NCBI GenBank assembly: GCA_020184695.1
Contig: JAANOX010000237.1
Location: 168,675 to 232,674, forward strand
DNA: 64,000 nt
Source: Histomonas meleagridis 2922-C6/04-290x
Taxonomy: Eukaryota; Protista; Parabasalia
Reading direction: 5' to 3'
In this document: in pieces, positions 10,683-22,205 of the stretch
How the letters are laid out: each line of letters opens with the position of its first letter
Numbering within the stretch: the first letter of the stretch is position 1
The notes under the pieces: generated by a model
What the model was told of the DNA's origin: nothing
The model's input: the letters and a program-made list of their open reading frames with translations, nothing else
Databases searched by the model: none
Program-made: the position numbers and the translations under genes

Positions 10683-11216
10683 ATGTCATTAGAAAAACCT
10701 TTACTCGCTGATGCTGCTGTAGACATAGATGCTACTTCTCAAGTTGAACAACAAAATGAAAATGTTCCAAATCCATTTAGAAATGAATCACCACATGATG
10801 AAATGAATTTGATCACACTAGACAATGAAAATGAAGAAGAAACAAATGTTTCTCTTCAAGATGATGAATCGTTGTCAATTTTGGATGATTTAATCACAAG
10901 TGAAAATAATGTCAATAATTCTGTTTCAGACAACAAAGAAACTCAATGCGAAAAACAAAATGAACAAAAAGATAAAAATGAAGAAAAATCATCACGAGCC
11001 GAATCTTTCAAAAAATGTATTTACAAAAGCGTTGAGTTTGCTGACATCATCACAACAAAAGCTGTTGCAAAATTGAGTATTGTTTTTTCACCAGTTTTTG
11101 ATTTTCTTTTTAAGAATATTGATCTTCTTTCATGGAAGGTTGATGATGCTACAATCAAAGTTAACAATTATATTTGGGGAAGAAAGGAAAGAAAACAACA
11201 TTTAAAGGTTGAGTAA
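10683..11216 (+). CDS. Hypothetical acidic protein (177 aa)
   Basis: ATG-TAA ORF with host-like codon use; no recognised domain. Confidence 0.65.
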   Translation: MSLEKPLLADAAVDIDATSQVEQQNENVPNPFRNESPHDEMNLITLDNENEEETNVSLQDDESLSILDDLITSENNVNNSVSDNKETQCEKQNEQKDKNEEKSSRAESFKKCIYKSVEFADIITTKAVAKLSIVFSPVFDFLFKNIDLLSWKVDDATIKVNNYIWGRKERKQHLKVE

Positions 11217-11411
11217 AAAATTACATGAAAAATAAATATTTGCAAAAAAAAAATAATCTATTTGAATAAAAGGTAACCTGCAAAAAACGGGTTGAGCGGC
11301 TTTGGTTTGCAACTTTATATTAAGAGTGCATGCAAGGAAATTTGTTTGGAAACAATTTATATTTTTGCCACTTTTTGTCCAATAAGAAAAAATAAGCGCA
11401 AAAAACAACAA

Positions 11412-14400
11412 ATGATTACTTCATCAACTAAATTCGATATTACTAAATACATGCATTCAGGTGCATCACAAGATGGAACACTATGTGCTAGTATGGTTGT
11501 TTTTTCGCAACTAAATCCAAGAGTAAATCAATACCAACAAATCGGACAATTACCTCTTGTAATTAGTCGGAAATCCGCAAACTTAATGATTCTTGTCCTT
11601 GGTCCACAGAAGAAAATTCTGACCTATGTACAAGTAACACAATCAATTAATTGGATTATTCAATCAAGTGTTTATTGCACATTTATTGATCAAAATAATG
11701 TCAGGTGTTTGGCTAGATTTAATACTGCTGAGGATGCTCAGTTTTTCACAATGATTGCTCTTTCCAAAAAAATCAACATCGGAATTAACAGTTATTGTAT
11801 TGATCAAGGAAAAAACGATTTACAAATTTGTAGTGATAATGAAAATATTTTAGTAAAAGTTAGAGTTTATGATCTAACATTACAAGCAGTTCATGAGGCA
11901 ATCGACAAAATTGATAACTGTTATATTGAAGATTCTATAACATTTCCCAATACAAAAATGAATGGGGTCTATGTAGCCCAAATTTCTCAGTCAATATTTG
12001 CTATAATGGAAATAGTTGGAAAGCAAATGAAGGAAAAAAAGAAAAGCGGACTCTTTGGCTTCTTCGGTGTTGAAGAAGAAAATGATAATAGCGAAAGTGA
12101 AAGTGATTTATTCGGCTTTAATAGAAAAGAAAGAAATTCATCAGAAAATAGTTCAGAAGAAGAGGAAAATAACTTATTTGGATTTCATAAAAAAGTATCC
12201 AGAAAAATAGAGGAAGAAGAGGAAGAAGAAAATAGTGAAAGCGAAAGTAGTTTTAGAGGTAAACAGAAAAGAGTATATAGAAAAATAGAGGAAGAAGAAG
12301 AAAATAGTGAAAGCGAAAGTAGTTTAAGAGGTAAACAGAAAAGAGTATATCAAAGAATGGAAGAAGAGGAAGAAGAAGAAAACAGCCAAAGCGAAAACAA
12401 TTTAAGAAGTAATCAGAAAAGAGTATATAGAAAAATAGAGGAAGAAGAGGAAGAAGAAGAAAATCTTGAAGAGGAAAATGAAAGAAGTAAAGAAGAAAAT
12501 ATGGAGGAAATCGAAGAGGAAAATGAGAATAAAGAGGAAGAAAATGAAGACGAAAATGATGATAAAGAAGATGATATTGAAGAAGATAAAGGTGAACATA
12601 GTGATGTTATAGAACATCAAGACAACGAAGAAGAAATTGAAGACAAAAAAGAAGAAAATAAAGAAATAGAAAAAGAGAAAGAAGAAACTTCAGAAGAAGA
12701 TAAAGAAGAAGTTGAAGAAGAATATATGGAAGATAAAAATGAAATAAAAGAAAAAGAAACCAAAGAAGAAATTATCGAAGAAACGGAAGAGGAAGAAGTT
12801 AAAGAAGAAGAAAAGGAAGGTAAAAAAGATAAAGAAGAAGACAAAGAAGAAATTAAGGAAGAAATCCTAGAAAGAGTTAAAAAAGAGGAAGTTAAGAAAG
12901 ATGAAAAAGAAAATATAAAAGAAGAAACACAAGAAGAGGAAGATAAAGAAGAAACTAAAGAAAAAATTAAAGAAGATAAAGAAGGGGATGTTAAAGAGGA
13001 AGAAACTCAAGAAGAAGAAATTAAGGAAGATAAAGATGAATCTTCAAAAGTAGAAACTGAGGGAAATGAAGAAGAAATCAAAGAACATAAAGAAAGAAAT
13101 CCAGAAGAAGTTAAAGAGGAAGAAATTAAAGATAAAGAAGAAATATCAGAGGGTGAAATTAAAGAAGATAAAGAAAGAACTACAGAAGAAGAAATTGAAG
13201 AAGAAGAAACTAAAGAAGAGGAAACTAAAGAAAATAACAAAAAAATTAAAGAAAAAACTATAGAAGAAGTTAATGAAGATAAAAAAGAAAATAAAGAAGG
13301 AACACCAGAAAAAATTGAAGAAGAAGTTAAAGAAGAGGAAACTAAAGAAGATAAAGAAGAAACTAAAGAAGAAGTTAAAGAAGAAGAAGAAATTAAAGAA
13401 GAGGAAACTATCGAAGACAAAAAAGAAGAAACTAAAGAAGGAACACCAGAAGAAGTTGAAGAAGAAGTTAAAGAAGAGGAAACTAAAGAAGATAAAGAAG
13501 AAACTAAAGAAGAAGTTAAAGAAGAAGAAGAAACTAAAGAAGAAGTTAAAGAAGAAGAAGAAATTAAAGAAGAGGAAACTAAAGAAAGAACACCAGAAGA
13601 AGTGAAAGAAGAAGAGGAAACTAAAGAAGTTAAAGAAGAAGTTAAAGAAGAAGAAGAAACTAAAGAAGATAAAGAAGAAGTCAAAGAAGAAGAAATTAGA
13701 GAAGAGGAAACTAAAGAAGATGAAGAAGAAACTAACGAAGAAATTAAAGAAGAAGAAGAAACTAAAGAAGATAAAGAAGAAGAAGAAACTAAAGAAGAGG
13801 TTAAAGAAGAAGAAAAAGAAGAAACTAAAGAAGAATTTAAAGAAGAAGAAGAAATTAAAGAAGATAAAGAAGAGGTTAAAGAAGAAGAAACTAAAGAAGA
13901 AGTTAAAGAAGAAGAAGAAACTAAAGAAGATAAAGAAGAAGAAGAAATTAAAGAAGAGGAAACTAAAGAAAGAACACCAGAAGAAGTGAAAGAAGAAGAG
14001 GAAACTAAAGAAGATAAAGAAAATGAAATTGAAGAAGAAGAAATTAAAGAAGATAAAGAAGAGGTTAAAGAAGAAGAAACTAAAGAAGAAGTTAAAGAAG
14101 AAGAAGAAACTAAAGAAGTTAAAGAAGAAGAAGAAATTAAAGAAGAGGAAACTAAAGAAAGAACACCAGAAGAAGTGAAAGAAGAAGAGGAAACTAAAGA
14201 AGTTAAAGAAGAAGTTAAAGAAGAAGAAGAAATTAAAGAAGATAAAGAAGAAGTCAAAGAAGAAGAAATTAGAGAAGAGGAAACTAAAGAAGATGAAGAA
14301 GAAACTAAAGAAGAAGTTAAAGAAGAAGAAGAAATTAAAGAAGAGGAAACTAAAGAAAGAACACCAGAAGAAGTGAAAGAAGAAGAGGAAACTAAAGAAG

Positions 14401-16850
14401 ATAAAGAAGAAGTCAAAGAAGAAGAAATTAGAGAAAAGGAAACTAAAGAAGAGGTTAAAGAAGAAGAAGTTAAAGAAGAAGAAGAAACTAAAGAAGAATT
14501 TAAAGAAGAAGAAGAAGTTAAAGAAGAAGATAAAGAAGAGGAAACTAAAGAAAGAACACCAGAAGAAGTGAAAGAAGAAGAAGAAATTAAAGAAGAAACT
14601 AAAGAAAAAGCACAAAAAGAAGTGAAAGAAGAAGAAACTAAAGAAAAAACACCAGAAGAAATGAAAGAAGAAGAAGAAATTAAAGAAGATGAAACCAAAG
14701 AAAATAAAGAAAGAACGCCAGAAAAAGAAGAAGAAGTCAAAGAAGAAATTAAAGAAAATAAAGAAAAAGAAATTAAAGAAGAAGAAATTGAAGAAGAAGA
14801 TAAAGAAGAGGAAACTAAAGAAAGAACACCAGAAGAAGAAACTCGGGAAGAAATTATCAAAGAAGAGGAAACTGGAGAAAAGGAAGTTAAAGAAGATAAA
14901 GAAGCAAGAAAAGAAGAAGAAAATAAGGAAGAGGAAAATAAAGAAGAAATTAAAGAAAATAAAGAAAGAACACAAGAAGAAGTTGAAGAAGAAGAAACTA
15001 AAGAAGAAAGTAAAAATAAAGAAGATGAAGTCAAGGAAGATAGAGAAGAAGAAAGAACTCCAGAAGAAGATGAAGAAGTTAAGGAAAATATAAAAGAAGA
15101 AGAAACTCTAGAAGAAAATAAAAATAAACAAGAAGAAATAAAAGAAAACGAAATTAAAAATAAATCTGATGAAGAAGAAGAAAAATCACCACCAAAAGAA
15201 AGTTCTGATGAAAAAACCAAAGATCAATCAGAATCGTCTAAAGAAAACTCCGAAGCCGAAGCAAAAGGTAAATCTGAGCGGTCTAAAGAAAACTCCGAAG
15301 CCAATGAAGATAAATCTGAATCATCTAAAGAAAGTTCTGATGAAGAAACCAAAGATCAATCAGAATCGTCTAAAGAAAACTCCGAAGCCGAAGCAAAAGG
15401 TAAATCTGAATCGTCTAAAGAAAGTTCTGATGAAGAAACCAAAGATCAATCAGAATCGTCTAAAGAAAACTCCGAAGCCAATAAAGATAAATCTGAATCA
15501 TCTAAAGAAAGTTCTGATGAAGAAACCAAATACAAATCAGAATCGTCTAAAGAAAACTCCGAAGCCGAAGCAAAAGGTAAATCTGAATCATCCAACGGAA
15601 GTTCTGATGATAAATTCATCCAAATTCTGAGTGATGATGAAATTGGCACAAAAAAAACAACAAAACGTCGGAAGCCCGCTCCAAAGCATGACGACACCTC
15701 CGATGACTTCAGCGATCTCTTTGCCAAGCCAAAGAAGAAGAAGCAGCGAATATCACTTTTCGACGCAGATTTGACAGATTCGTCAACAGATGCATTTGAT
15801 TTTGACTTCACCAAACCTGCTAAGACTAAGTCTAAGAAACGTATCACGTTATTTGATGATATAATACCCTCGACAAAGCCCAAAAAGTCCAAAAAGAAAT
15901 CGAAATCAAAATCCCGAAAGTCACTTTTTGATAGTATTGACGATAGCGCACCACCAGTCAAATCCACTGAATTACCTAAAGAAGAATTGAAAGCCGAAAT
16001 CGGTTCTTCCGTAGAAAAAGTTCATAAGGATCTTGGCACTTTTGCCTATGTTGATAAAGCACAAAAGTTTACATCTGCTTCTGAACTTAGGCAATCAATG
16101 CGCTCACGATTTGCGCAACTTGAATCCCTTATCAAGTCCATTACTATTCAAGAGTGTAAAACTACACAACTTGATTTACCAAATATTGTACTCAAAGAAA
16201 GTATTCATAAATTAGTAAATGACATTAAATCCAAAGATGCGCGACTTAAACAAATGCAAATTCTTATCGATTTCCTTGACGAAACTACAACATCGACATT
16301 TGAAAAAGATGAAATTCTAAAAGAGCAGAAAAAGCGTCGAATGGAAATCAAAACAGAAGAAACGCGAACAGAATCCGCAATTTCGGAACTTGTCGAAGTG
16401 CAAAAAGTTGTAAATTCGCTCGAGCAAGAACTTTCTGATATTTCCATATCATTGCAACAATCGGAGAATGAACTTCGCGCGAAACACGAAGCGGAAATGT
16501 ACCGAGAAGCGTCTGAAAGCATCGAAGAGCAAAAGCCGATCGAGCAGAAAATGATCGAAGCGAAGAATCGGAAAGTTAACATCGAAATAAAACTGATGCC
16601 ATTACTTGACGAAAACAAGAAAATGAAAGAAAACGTCGACACGAAATCGCTTAAAGAAATTGAAGAACTGAAAAGTAACGCACCGAAAATGCTGAAGGAA
16701 GTCGTGCTCGAGATGAAGGAGGGACTGGAGGCGATGCTGGAAAGCGCGTTCAACCCATTGAGGGAATACGACGGAGATATGGTGGCAACGGCGGTGAAAA
16801 ACGCGTTGAAGAAACAAGGAATGTTATGTATGCAAAAGAGGAAAGTGTAA
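11412..16850 (+). CDS. Large protein: N-terminal globular (PH/WH1-like, FKBP15-type) region, very long Glu/Lys-rich repeat, C-terminal coiled coil
   Basis: First in-frame ATG at 11412 (MITSSTKF...); the track start at 11292 is TTG. The architecture resembles FKBP15/WAFL-like proteins, but this is my pattern recognition only. Confidence 0.7.
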   Translation: MITSSTKFDITKYMHSGASQDGTLCASMVVFSQLNPRVNQYQQIGQLPLVISRKSANLMILVLGPQKKILTYVQVTQSINWIIQSSVYCTFIDQNNVRCLARFNTAEDAQFFTMIALSKKINIGINSYCIDQGKNDLQICSDNENILVKVRVYDLTLQAVHEAIDKIDNCYIEDSITFPNTKMNGVYVAQISQSIFAIMEIVGKQMKEKKKSGLFGFFGVEEENDNSESESDLFGFNRKERNSSENSSEEEENNLFGFHKKVSRKIEEEEEEENSESESSFRGKQKRVYRKIEEEEENSESESSLRGKQKRVYQRMEEEEEEENSQSENNLRSNQKRVYRKIEEEEEEEENLEEENERSKEENMEEIEEENENKEEENEDENDDKEDDIEEDKGEHSDVIEHQDNEEEIEDKKEENKEIEKEKEETSEEDKEEVEEEYMEDKNEIKEKETKEEIIEETEEEEVKEEEKEGKKDKEEDKEEIKEEILERVKKEEVKKDEKENIKEETQEEEDKEETKEKIKEDKEGDVKEEETQEEEIKEDKDESSKVETEGNEEEIKEHKERNPEEVKEEEIKDKEEISEGEIKEDKERTTEEEIEEEETKEEETKENNKKIKEKTIEEVNEDKKENKEGTPEKIEEEVKEEETKEDKEETKEEVKEEEEIKEEETIEDKKEETKEGTPEEVEEEVKEEETKEDKEETKEEVKEEEETKEEVKEEEEIKEEETKERTPEEVKEEEETKEVKEEVKEEEETKEDKEEVKEEEIREEETKEDEEETNEEIKEEEETKEDKEEEETKEEVKEEEKEETKEEFKEEEEIKEDKEEVKEEETKEEVKEEEETKEDKEEEEIKEEETKERTPEEVKEEEETKEDKENEIEEEEIKEDKEEVKEEETKEEVKEEEETKEVKEEEEIKEEETKERTPEEVKEEEETKEVKEEVKEEEEIKEDKEEVKEEEIREEETKEDEEETKEEVKEEEEIKEEETKERTPEEVKEEEETKEDKEEVKEEEIREKETKEEVKEEEVKEEEETKEEFKEEEEVKEEDKEEETKERTPEEVKEEEEIKEETKEKAQKEVKEEETKEKTPEEMKEEEEIKEDETKENKERTPEKEEEVKEEIKENKEKEIKEEEIEEEDKEEETKERTPEEETREEIIKEEETGEKEVKEDKEARKEEENKEEENKEEIKENKERTQEEVEEEETKEESKNKEDEVKEDREEERTPEEDEEVKENIKEEETLEENKNKQEEIKENEIKNKSDEEEEKSPPKESSDEKTKDQSESSKENSEAEAKGKSERSKENSEANEDKSESSKESSDEETKDQSESSKENSEAEAKGKSESSKESSDEETKDQSESSKENSEANKDKSESSKESSDEETKYKSESSKENSEAEAKGKSESSNGSSDDKFIQILSDDEIGTKKTTKRRKPAPKHDDTSDDFSDLFAKPKKKKQRISLFDADLTDSSTDAFDFDFTKPAKTKSKKRITLFDDIIPSTKPKKSKKKSKSKSRKSLFDSIDDSAPPVKSTELPKEELKAEIGSSVEKVHKDLGTFAYVDKAQKFTSASELRQSMRSRFAQLESLIKSITIQECKTTQLDLPNIVLKESIHKLVNDIKSKDARLKQMQILIDFLDETTTSTFEKDEILKEQKKRRMEIKTEETRTESAISELVEVQKVVNSLEQELSDISISLQQSENELRAKHEAEMYREASESIEEQKPIEQKMIEAKNRKVNIEIKLMPLLDENKKMKENVDTKSLKEIEELKSNAPKMLKEVVLEMKEGLEAMLESAFNPLREYDGDMVATAVKNALKKQGMLCMQKRKV
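12150..15200 (+). repeat. Coding low-complexity GAA/AAA tandem repeat (EEVKEEEETKED / KERTPEEVK units)
   Basis: Imperfect tandem units such as gaagaagaaactaaagaagaagttaaa, visible directly. Confidence 0.95.
15200..15610 (+). repeat. Coding tandem repeat of 42-45 nt units (ESSKESSDEETKDQS / ESSKENSEAEAKGKS / ESSKENSEANEDKS)
   Basis: Near-identical gaatcgtctaaagaaaactccgaagcc blocks repeated several times. Confidence 0.9.
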
Positions 16851-17547
16851 ATAATTAGTTTGGTTTGTGGATTTTTGTGAAATATTATTGATATGTTTAA
16901 AATAGTAAAAAGGATAATTTATGTTTTATAGGAGAATATTAAAATATGAGAAAATAGTAAAATAATTTTACTATTAATCCAAATTGCGCGCTCAATAGCG
17001 CAATATATGGTTTTTGATATATGAAATATAATATTTTGTGTAGTTGAGATGTTTAAATATTTATGTTTACATATTAATGGATGGTATTGCAAGAATTACA
17101 TAATATATAAATGTTATATCTATATCTCATATTATATTTTTCAGTAAATATTTTTTGCAATATTTTGTGAGTTATAATATGATTCATTGATGTTTTTTAT
17201 AATTATGTATTAAAAAATTAAATTATAGATCATAAAACGAAAAACATTTTTTCCCATCAAGATAATCGTTTTTTGTCTTCTCTTTATGTCTAAAGTATCA
17301 TTTGTAATAAGAACTTTCTTGATATATCGTTAAGAATTAGTGATTCGCTTGCAAACTTTATTGGAAATCGAATTTAATGGCCGAGTAAATTCAACCACCA
17401 CAATTGAGAGTCCGGATTGTTATTCAGCGGTTAAATTCAAATTTAATTTTGTAATTTAAAATCTCATCTCAAATTGAATAAAATCAGAAAGAAACGATCA
17501 TTTTTAAGTTAATCCTTCCAGAATCGAAGTTTACCCAGAAAGCAAAA

Positions 17548-18129
17548 ATGGATGACGAATTAAAAATCAAGATCCAATGGCTTCCTGGTGCGATTCTCCC
17601 CGTTGTCACGCATGGGTCATCTACAGCAGCAGAACTTGCCGACCTTTTGCAATTTTCATGCTTTGACCATGAAAGAGTGTATCTATTTCATAATGGATCA
17701 ATCCTTAATCCTTCTGATACTTTGTCAAGTCAAGGTATAAAAAAGGGTGATGTAGTAGAATGTAAAATTGTAGGTCAAATAGAGAAGTTTGAAGAATTAT
17801 TCCCTAAAGAGAACCAATCTATCGCAAGGGAAATGGCTCGTGTTTTAGATATGAGAACAGATAAAATATATGAAAGAAAAGAAATGAGTAGACGCGAAAG
17901 GAATTCGTCATGTTCTGATGATGATGATGATGATTCATATCAATTTTTAATGATGGAAGGTAGTGACCTAACGACTTCGAATGATATTTCCACAGATCCA
18001 CTACCTATAATATGGCAGAATAATGAATATGATGATATACCATATATACCAGAAAATAATATTAGGAATGGAGGAACACAAAGGAACTCTGATCCAAGGA
18101 ATGAGCCAGAAAAAGTTTTTACGCAATGA
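17548..18129 (+). CDS. Ubiquitin-like-domain protein with acidic tail
   Basis: N-terminal about 75 aa fit a beta-grasp pattern (LFHNGSILNPSDTLSSQGIKKGDVVEC). Confidence 0.7.
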   Translation: MDDELKIKIQWLPGAILPVVTHGSSTAAELADLLQFSCFDHERVYLFHNGSILNPSDTLSSQGIKKGDVVECKIVGQIEKFEELFPKENQSIAREMARVLDMRTDKIYERKEMSRRERNSSCSDDDDDDSYQFLMMEGSDLTTSNDISTDPLPIIWQNNEYDDIPYIPENNIRNGGTQRNSDPRNEPEKVFTQ

Positions 18130-19073
18130 ATAAAACTTGTTTTTGTTCTCTAATATTTTTTTTTTGAAAATCTTTGCTGGTCAACCCGATGTCACTCTTA
18201 ACAGATATTCTGTAGAAGATCTGGCCGGATTGCAATTCAAAATTAACAGGCTCACAATATTCAAAAGCTAAAAAAAAATTAACCGTTGTAACATATTGAA
18301 ATATCACATAAATTTGAAAGAACGTCCAGATTTAAAGCGTTGTTTTCACTTAATGTGAGATGACCTAACCGTAAATGTTTCAATGTGTTTCATTCAAATC
18401 TGTATGAGAATTTGTATATTATGGAGGGTTTTCTATATTACAACCGATATCAGACCTCAGAAAAAGTAGATTACGCATATATTTCTGATTTTAGAAAATT
18501 AGAAATTGCAAATACTGATATAAAAAAGAAAAAAGCATTTTTGATCCATATATTAATAAAGAAAATACCATTATCAATACAGCAATATTCATAATCTTTT
18601 TAAGCACGAATTTGGAAGTTCTCGATCGAATTTTTAAACAAATAAATAATAACAATATTGATAATAATGCTATTGTACATATAATGAATGATCACAATTA
18701 AGTGTACAAAACAAAAACCGAGTCAATTTCTATACATTTTACAAATTGCATACTATTTCCGCATATTTGAACAATATTATTATACATATGAATAGAAATA
18801 AATATCATATATCAAATCAATAAAAATTATTTTCAAATTGTTCATTTTCTTTATCCATCAATAATATCCCAAAATTCCAATACATATTTATCCCAACTTA
18901 ATCCATTAACCCAACGCCAACGTAACAAACAGCAAAATGTGTCAGAAAGTTCATTTCGAACTCGTTTTCCATCTGCGGCACTTTTTGTGCAATGTAATTT
19001 CCATTCAATTTCAGTTCGCTTTTGATTTGACGTAAAAAATAATTTACAGAAAAAGTGAAACTTTTTCAAACTT

Positions 19074-21650
19074 TTATTGTTCTTCTTCAGTACCCTTCAG
19101 CATTATCACTCCGTGGTGCACCTTATTCACAATTGGCACGTATTGGAAGTTGAATTCCAAGTTAATTGAAGGCAATTGGTTCAAAGTCACTCTTGACAAG
19201 TTTGGTAATTCTTGGAATTCCATTTCCTCTTCTTCTTCTTCTTTCTTCTTCTTCTTCAATTGTTCCTCTTCTTCTTTCTTCTTCTTTTCTTCTTCGCTTT
19301 CTTCATTTTCGTTCTTATCTGATATTGACAACTTCTTCTTATCAGCGAGTGTTACGACTGGTTTTTCTTCATTAAATGTCGGCGGGTTTGCGTATAGCGA
19401 AGGCTTTCCAGAGCAGAAGTAAGTCCAATCAGCAATTTCCAAGTTCTTATCGACGCCGATGATCGCTGTTGGCTGGAAGGACAATGTCAACATCAACGAC
19501 AAAGGATGCCAATAAAAGTAGTTCGTGAACATCGCCAATCCGACTGTAGCAGTGATATTATTTTCTCCGTCGAGTGTGTTACATGATATAATAACATTTC
19601 TATTCGATGCGTTCATTATACCATATGCCATATTGACTCCGAACAATTCGACTTCGCTCGTACGTTTTGTAAGTTTCTTACGAAGGAATTCTCGGAATTC
19701 TTTGCAGTATGGTATTAATGTATCACTTTGTTGTTGTAAGACCATAGCCATTGCTATTATTGCACTTTGGCGAACGAATTTATCTAAGTCAGTTAACAAT
19801 GGCTTCAATATATTAATAGCTTCTTTCATGCCTGTTCCTGCGCATGATATACCTAATGCTAATGCTGCGCCATTACGGACTGATGGGTTATAACTTTTGG
19901 CTAACAAGTCAATCATTTCTGGTACGCGCTTAGGATTCTTTGATAAGACAAACCCAATGCCAATGATTGAAGCTCTTCGAACATCACTATTAACATCACT
20001 CACTGCTAAATGTAATAATCGTTGTAATGCTATGTTTGATGAAGTGCCAACATAAGCTAATGATGTTACCCATGCTGCACTTTCACGTAATAATGGAATT
20101 CGTGATGATAAAAGTTGTTGAACAAGTGCTTCACTTGAGTCTTGTAAGCCATACATCATAAATGCTAAGCCCATAGCTCCACCTCGTGTTATCTTTTCAT
20201 GTGGTGTATTCTCAATGAAGTTATATAAGTTTAATAATTCTTCTGATTCACCACGGCCTAACATAATTAATCCTAATGCATAACCTGCTGCTTCGCCTGC
20301 TATGGGATCTTCTTGATGAAGAATTTCATTTAATAATGTATAATATTCATTGTCTTGTGAACCCATAGCTACTAATCCTAAGCCAAGTGCTCCTCCATGT
20401 TTAACTACAAATGATGAAGTACTTCGTATGTTCTCTGTAATTACATCAACAATCTTCTTATCCCATAAATAATTCGCATAAATTAACCCTAATGCATATA
20501 AAGCTCCTCCTAACGAATGATTTGCGACACCTCTCCGTAAATATGATCCTAAGATTTGAAGGGCACTGTCAAGGCGACCGTTATGTATCGTGCCGATAGC
20601 GGCTATCGTCGTGAATTCCGCCCAATCTGACTCAGTGCCAAAGAACCATTCGACGTTTTTACGGAAGAAATCATCATCGCCTGTGCCAGCAAACATATAT
20701 GCATATGATAATATCGTGGATGTGTGTATTAATTTGGTGGTTTGATCAGTGGATTCTTTGATACCTTCAATTATTTGTATTGTATCTTTGTTACTGTTCT
20801 TGAAAAGAAATTGAAGATAAAGGTCCAGAAGCTTCTTACGTTGAAGGATATCACGAATATCAGTCATCTCGGGTGGAAGTTTGTTGATAATTTCAGATCT
20901 GAACTTTTGTGATGCATTGTCAGCAAGTTCAAAGGCTATCTGATAGGCTATGAGGAGATTGTCGGTCGACTCTGACTGTTTAAGTGTTTGAATAAGAAGT
21001 GCTGTTGATTCGGGATCGTGTAATGATAAATGTAATTGACTTAAAATTAGCTTGTCGCAGTTGTTTGTGGCAAATTCTACAAACAGACGTAAAAGTGTGG
21101 AACGGTATTCGGTATTGGCAACACGTTCGTTGGTTAGTGTGATTGCTTCATTAACAAGAGATGGCGAATTATGAAGAGCTTCTTTGACTGATTCTAAGGA
21201 TCGTGTTTCAATTGCAATACATAAAGCTTGGCCATATTTTTGGGTTGAAATAAGATGCTTAAGAACATTATCAACAATGGATGATAATGATTTTTGTGCT
21301 TCTTTTCCATTGTTAACAATATCAACACATTCGCCAATTGCATAGGATATAAGTTTTTGTGTGTAAGTATCATTATTTGAAGGATCTAATAAGGATGGTG
21401 AAATCATTGCAAATTCAACAGCTTTTGAAAGATCATTCTTAAAATAATAAACACGTGATGCAAGTTCAGCTGCTAAATAACGATCTTTGAATGATTCATC
21501 AAGTGCTAGTTTTTCAATTGTTTGGATTTCTTCGGCAATTTGTGGCCATTCAGATGAAACGACTTTGAGTAACTCACGAAGTCCATGTGCTTGAAACGCT
21601 TCATCGGATTCTTCAAGAAATGCTAAGAGTCCTTGTGCAGTTCCCCACAT
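19074..21650 (-). CDS. RPN2: 26S proteasome regulatory subunit Rpn2/PSMD1
   Basis: PC repeats (GGALYALGLI, GAALALGISCAGTG), LLHLAVSDVNSDVRR, YNPSVRNG, K/E-rich insert and LPNLSRV motif. Confidence 0.95.
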   Translation of the reverse strand: MWGTAQGLLAFLEESDEAFQAHGLRELLKVVSSEWPQIAEEIQTIEKLALDESFKDRYLAAELASRVYYFKNDLSKAVEFAMISPSLLDPSNNDTYTQKLISYAIGECVDIVNNGKEAQKSLSSIVDNVLKHLISTQKYGQALCIAIETRSLESVKEALHNSPSLVNEAITLTNERVANTEYRSTLLRLFVEFATNNCDKLILSQLHLSLHDPESTALLIQTLKQSESTDNLLIAYQIAFELADNASQKFRSEIINKLPPEMTDIRDILQRKKLLDLYLQFLFKNSNKDTIQIIEGIKESTDQTTKLIHTSTILSYAYMFAGTGDDDFFRKNVEWFFGTESDWAEFTTIAAIGTIHNGRLDSALQILGSYLRRGVANHSLGGALYALGLIYANYLWDKKIVDVITENIRSTSSFVVKHGGALGLGLVAMGSQDNEYYTLLNEILHQEDPIAGEAAGYALGLIMLGRGESEELLNLYNFIENTPHEKITRGGAMGLAFMMYGLQDSSEALVQQLLSSRIPLLRESAAWVTSLAYVGTSSNIALQRLLHLAVSDVNSDVRRASIIGIGFVLSKNPKRVPEMIDLLAKSYNPSVRNGAALALGISCAGTGMKEAINILKPLLTDLDKFVRQSAIIAMAMVLQQQSDTLIPYCKEFREFLRKKLTKRTSEVELFGVNMAYGIMNASNRNVIISCNTLDGENNITATVGLAMFTNYFYWHPLSLMLTLSFQPTAIIGVDKNLEIADWTYFCSGKPSLYANPPTFNEEKPVVTLADKKKLSISDKNENEESEEEKKKKEEEEQLKKKKKEEEEEEMEFQELPNLSRVTLNQLPSINLEFNFQYVPIVNKVHHGVIMLKGTEEEQ

Positions 21651-21732
21651 TCTAAAAATGTCACTTTTTTATAATAGGTCGGACGCAAAATAACGATATG
21701 AATAAAGTTTTCAAAAAGTTGATAATCACAAA

Positions 21733-22080
21733 ATGACTTCAGCAAATATCATTCCAATGATTAGAATAAATAATATAGCACCTATCGGTCAAAACTATGC
21801 CGATAATATTCAGGTTGCTTATGATGCAATGAAAATTGATCGTGTACAAAAAAGATATGATGATATTTATTCAAAAATTGAGTCTCAACTTGATATTGCT
21901 AAACAAGCAAATGAAATACTAGGAACAGAAAGTATGAACTCGTTCTCATTACAAATTAAAAAGATTACTGATTTTTGTGAAACTCAATACCAAAAAAGAA
22001 TCTTTATTGAACCTAAAGATCCGCAAAACAATGAAAGCTCAAATCCAACAGATGGAGCAAACAATGAAACAACTTCTTAA
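21733..22080 (+). CDS. Small hypothetical coiled-coil protein (115 aa)
   Basis: ATG-TAA ORF divergent from RPN2; no family recognised. Confidence 0.6.
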   Translation: MTSANIIPMIRINNIAPIGQNYADNIQVAYDAMKIDRVQKRYDDIYSKIESQLDIAKQANEILGTESMNSFSLQIKKITDFCETQYQKRIFIEPKDPQNNESSNPTDGANNETTS

Positions 22081-22205
22081 AGGATGATGTTAACAACAAA
22101 TTAGTACATTTCCTTTTTACAAGCTCAACACAGGCTTTGCATACATATATAAAAAGTTTTTTATTCGCAAAAATCTTTTTTTTTTTTCTATTTTAATAAA
22201 CATTG

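Noticed and set aside
11292-11411. Non-ATG upstream starts in the ORF track (11292, 30807, 35822, 47067, 59133, 60588)
   Set aside because: Bacterial-style alternative starts are inappropriate for this eukaryote; downstream ATGs fit homology and the promoter motifs.
12402-15967. Long overlapping ORFs (737 aa Ser-rich, 609 aa Phe-rich, Lys-rich plus-strand ORFs)
   Set aside because: They are shadows of the GAA/AAA repeat in other frames and strands, which lack stops for compositional reasons.
18130-18594. Broken protein-like frames downstream of the UBL gene (similar debris at 23940-24271, 37076-37560 and 58100-58500)
   Set aside because: Possibly relics of transposons or paralogs, but I could not match a family, and deleting 17-nt units did not obviously repair them.
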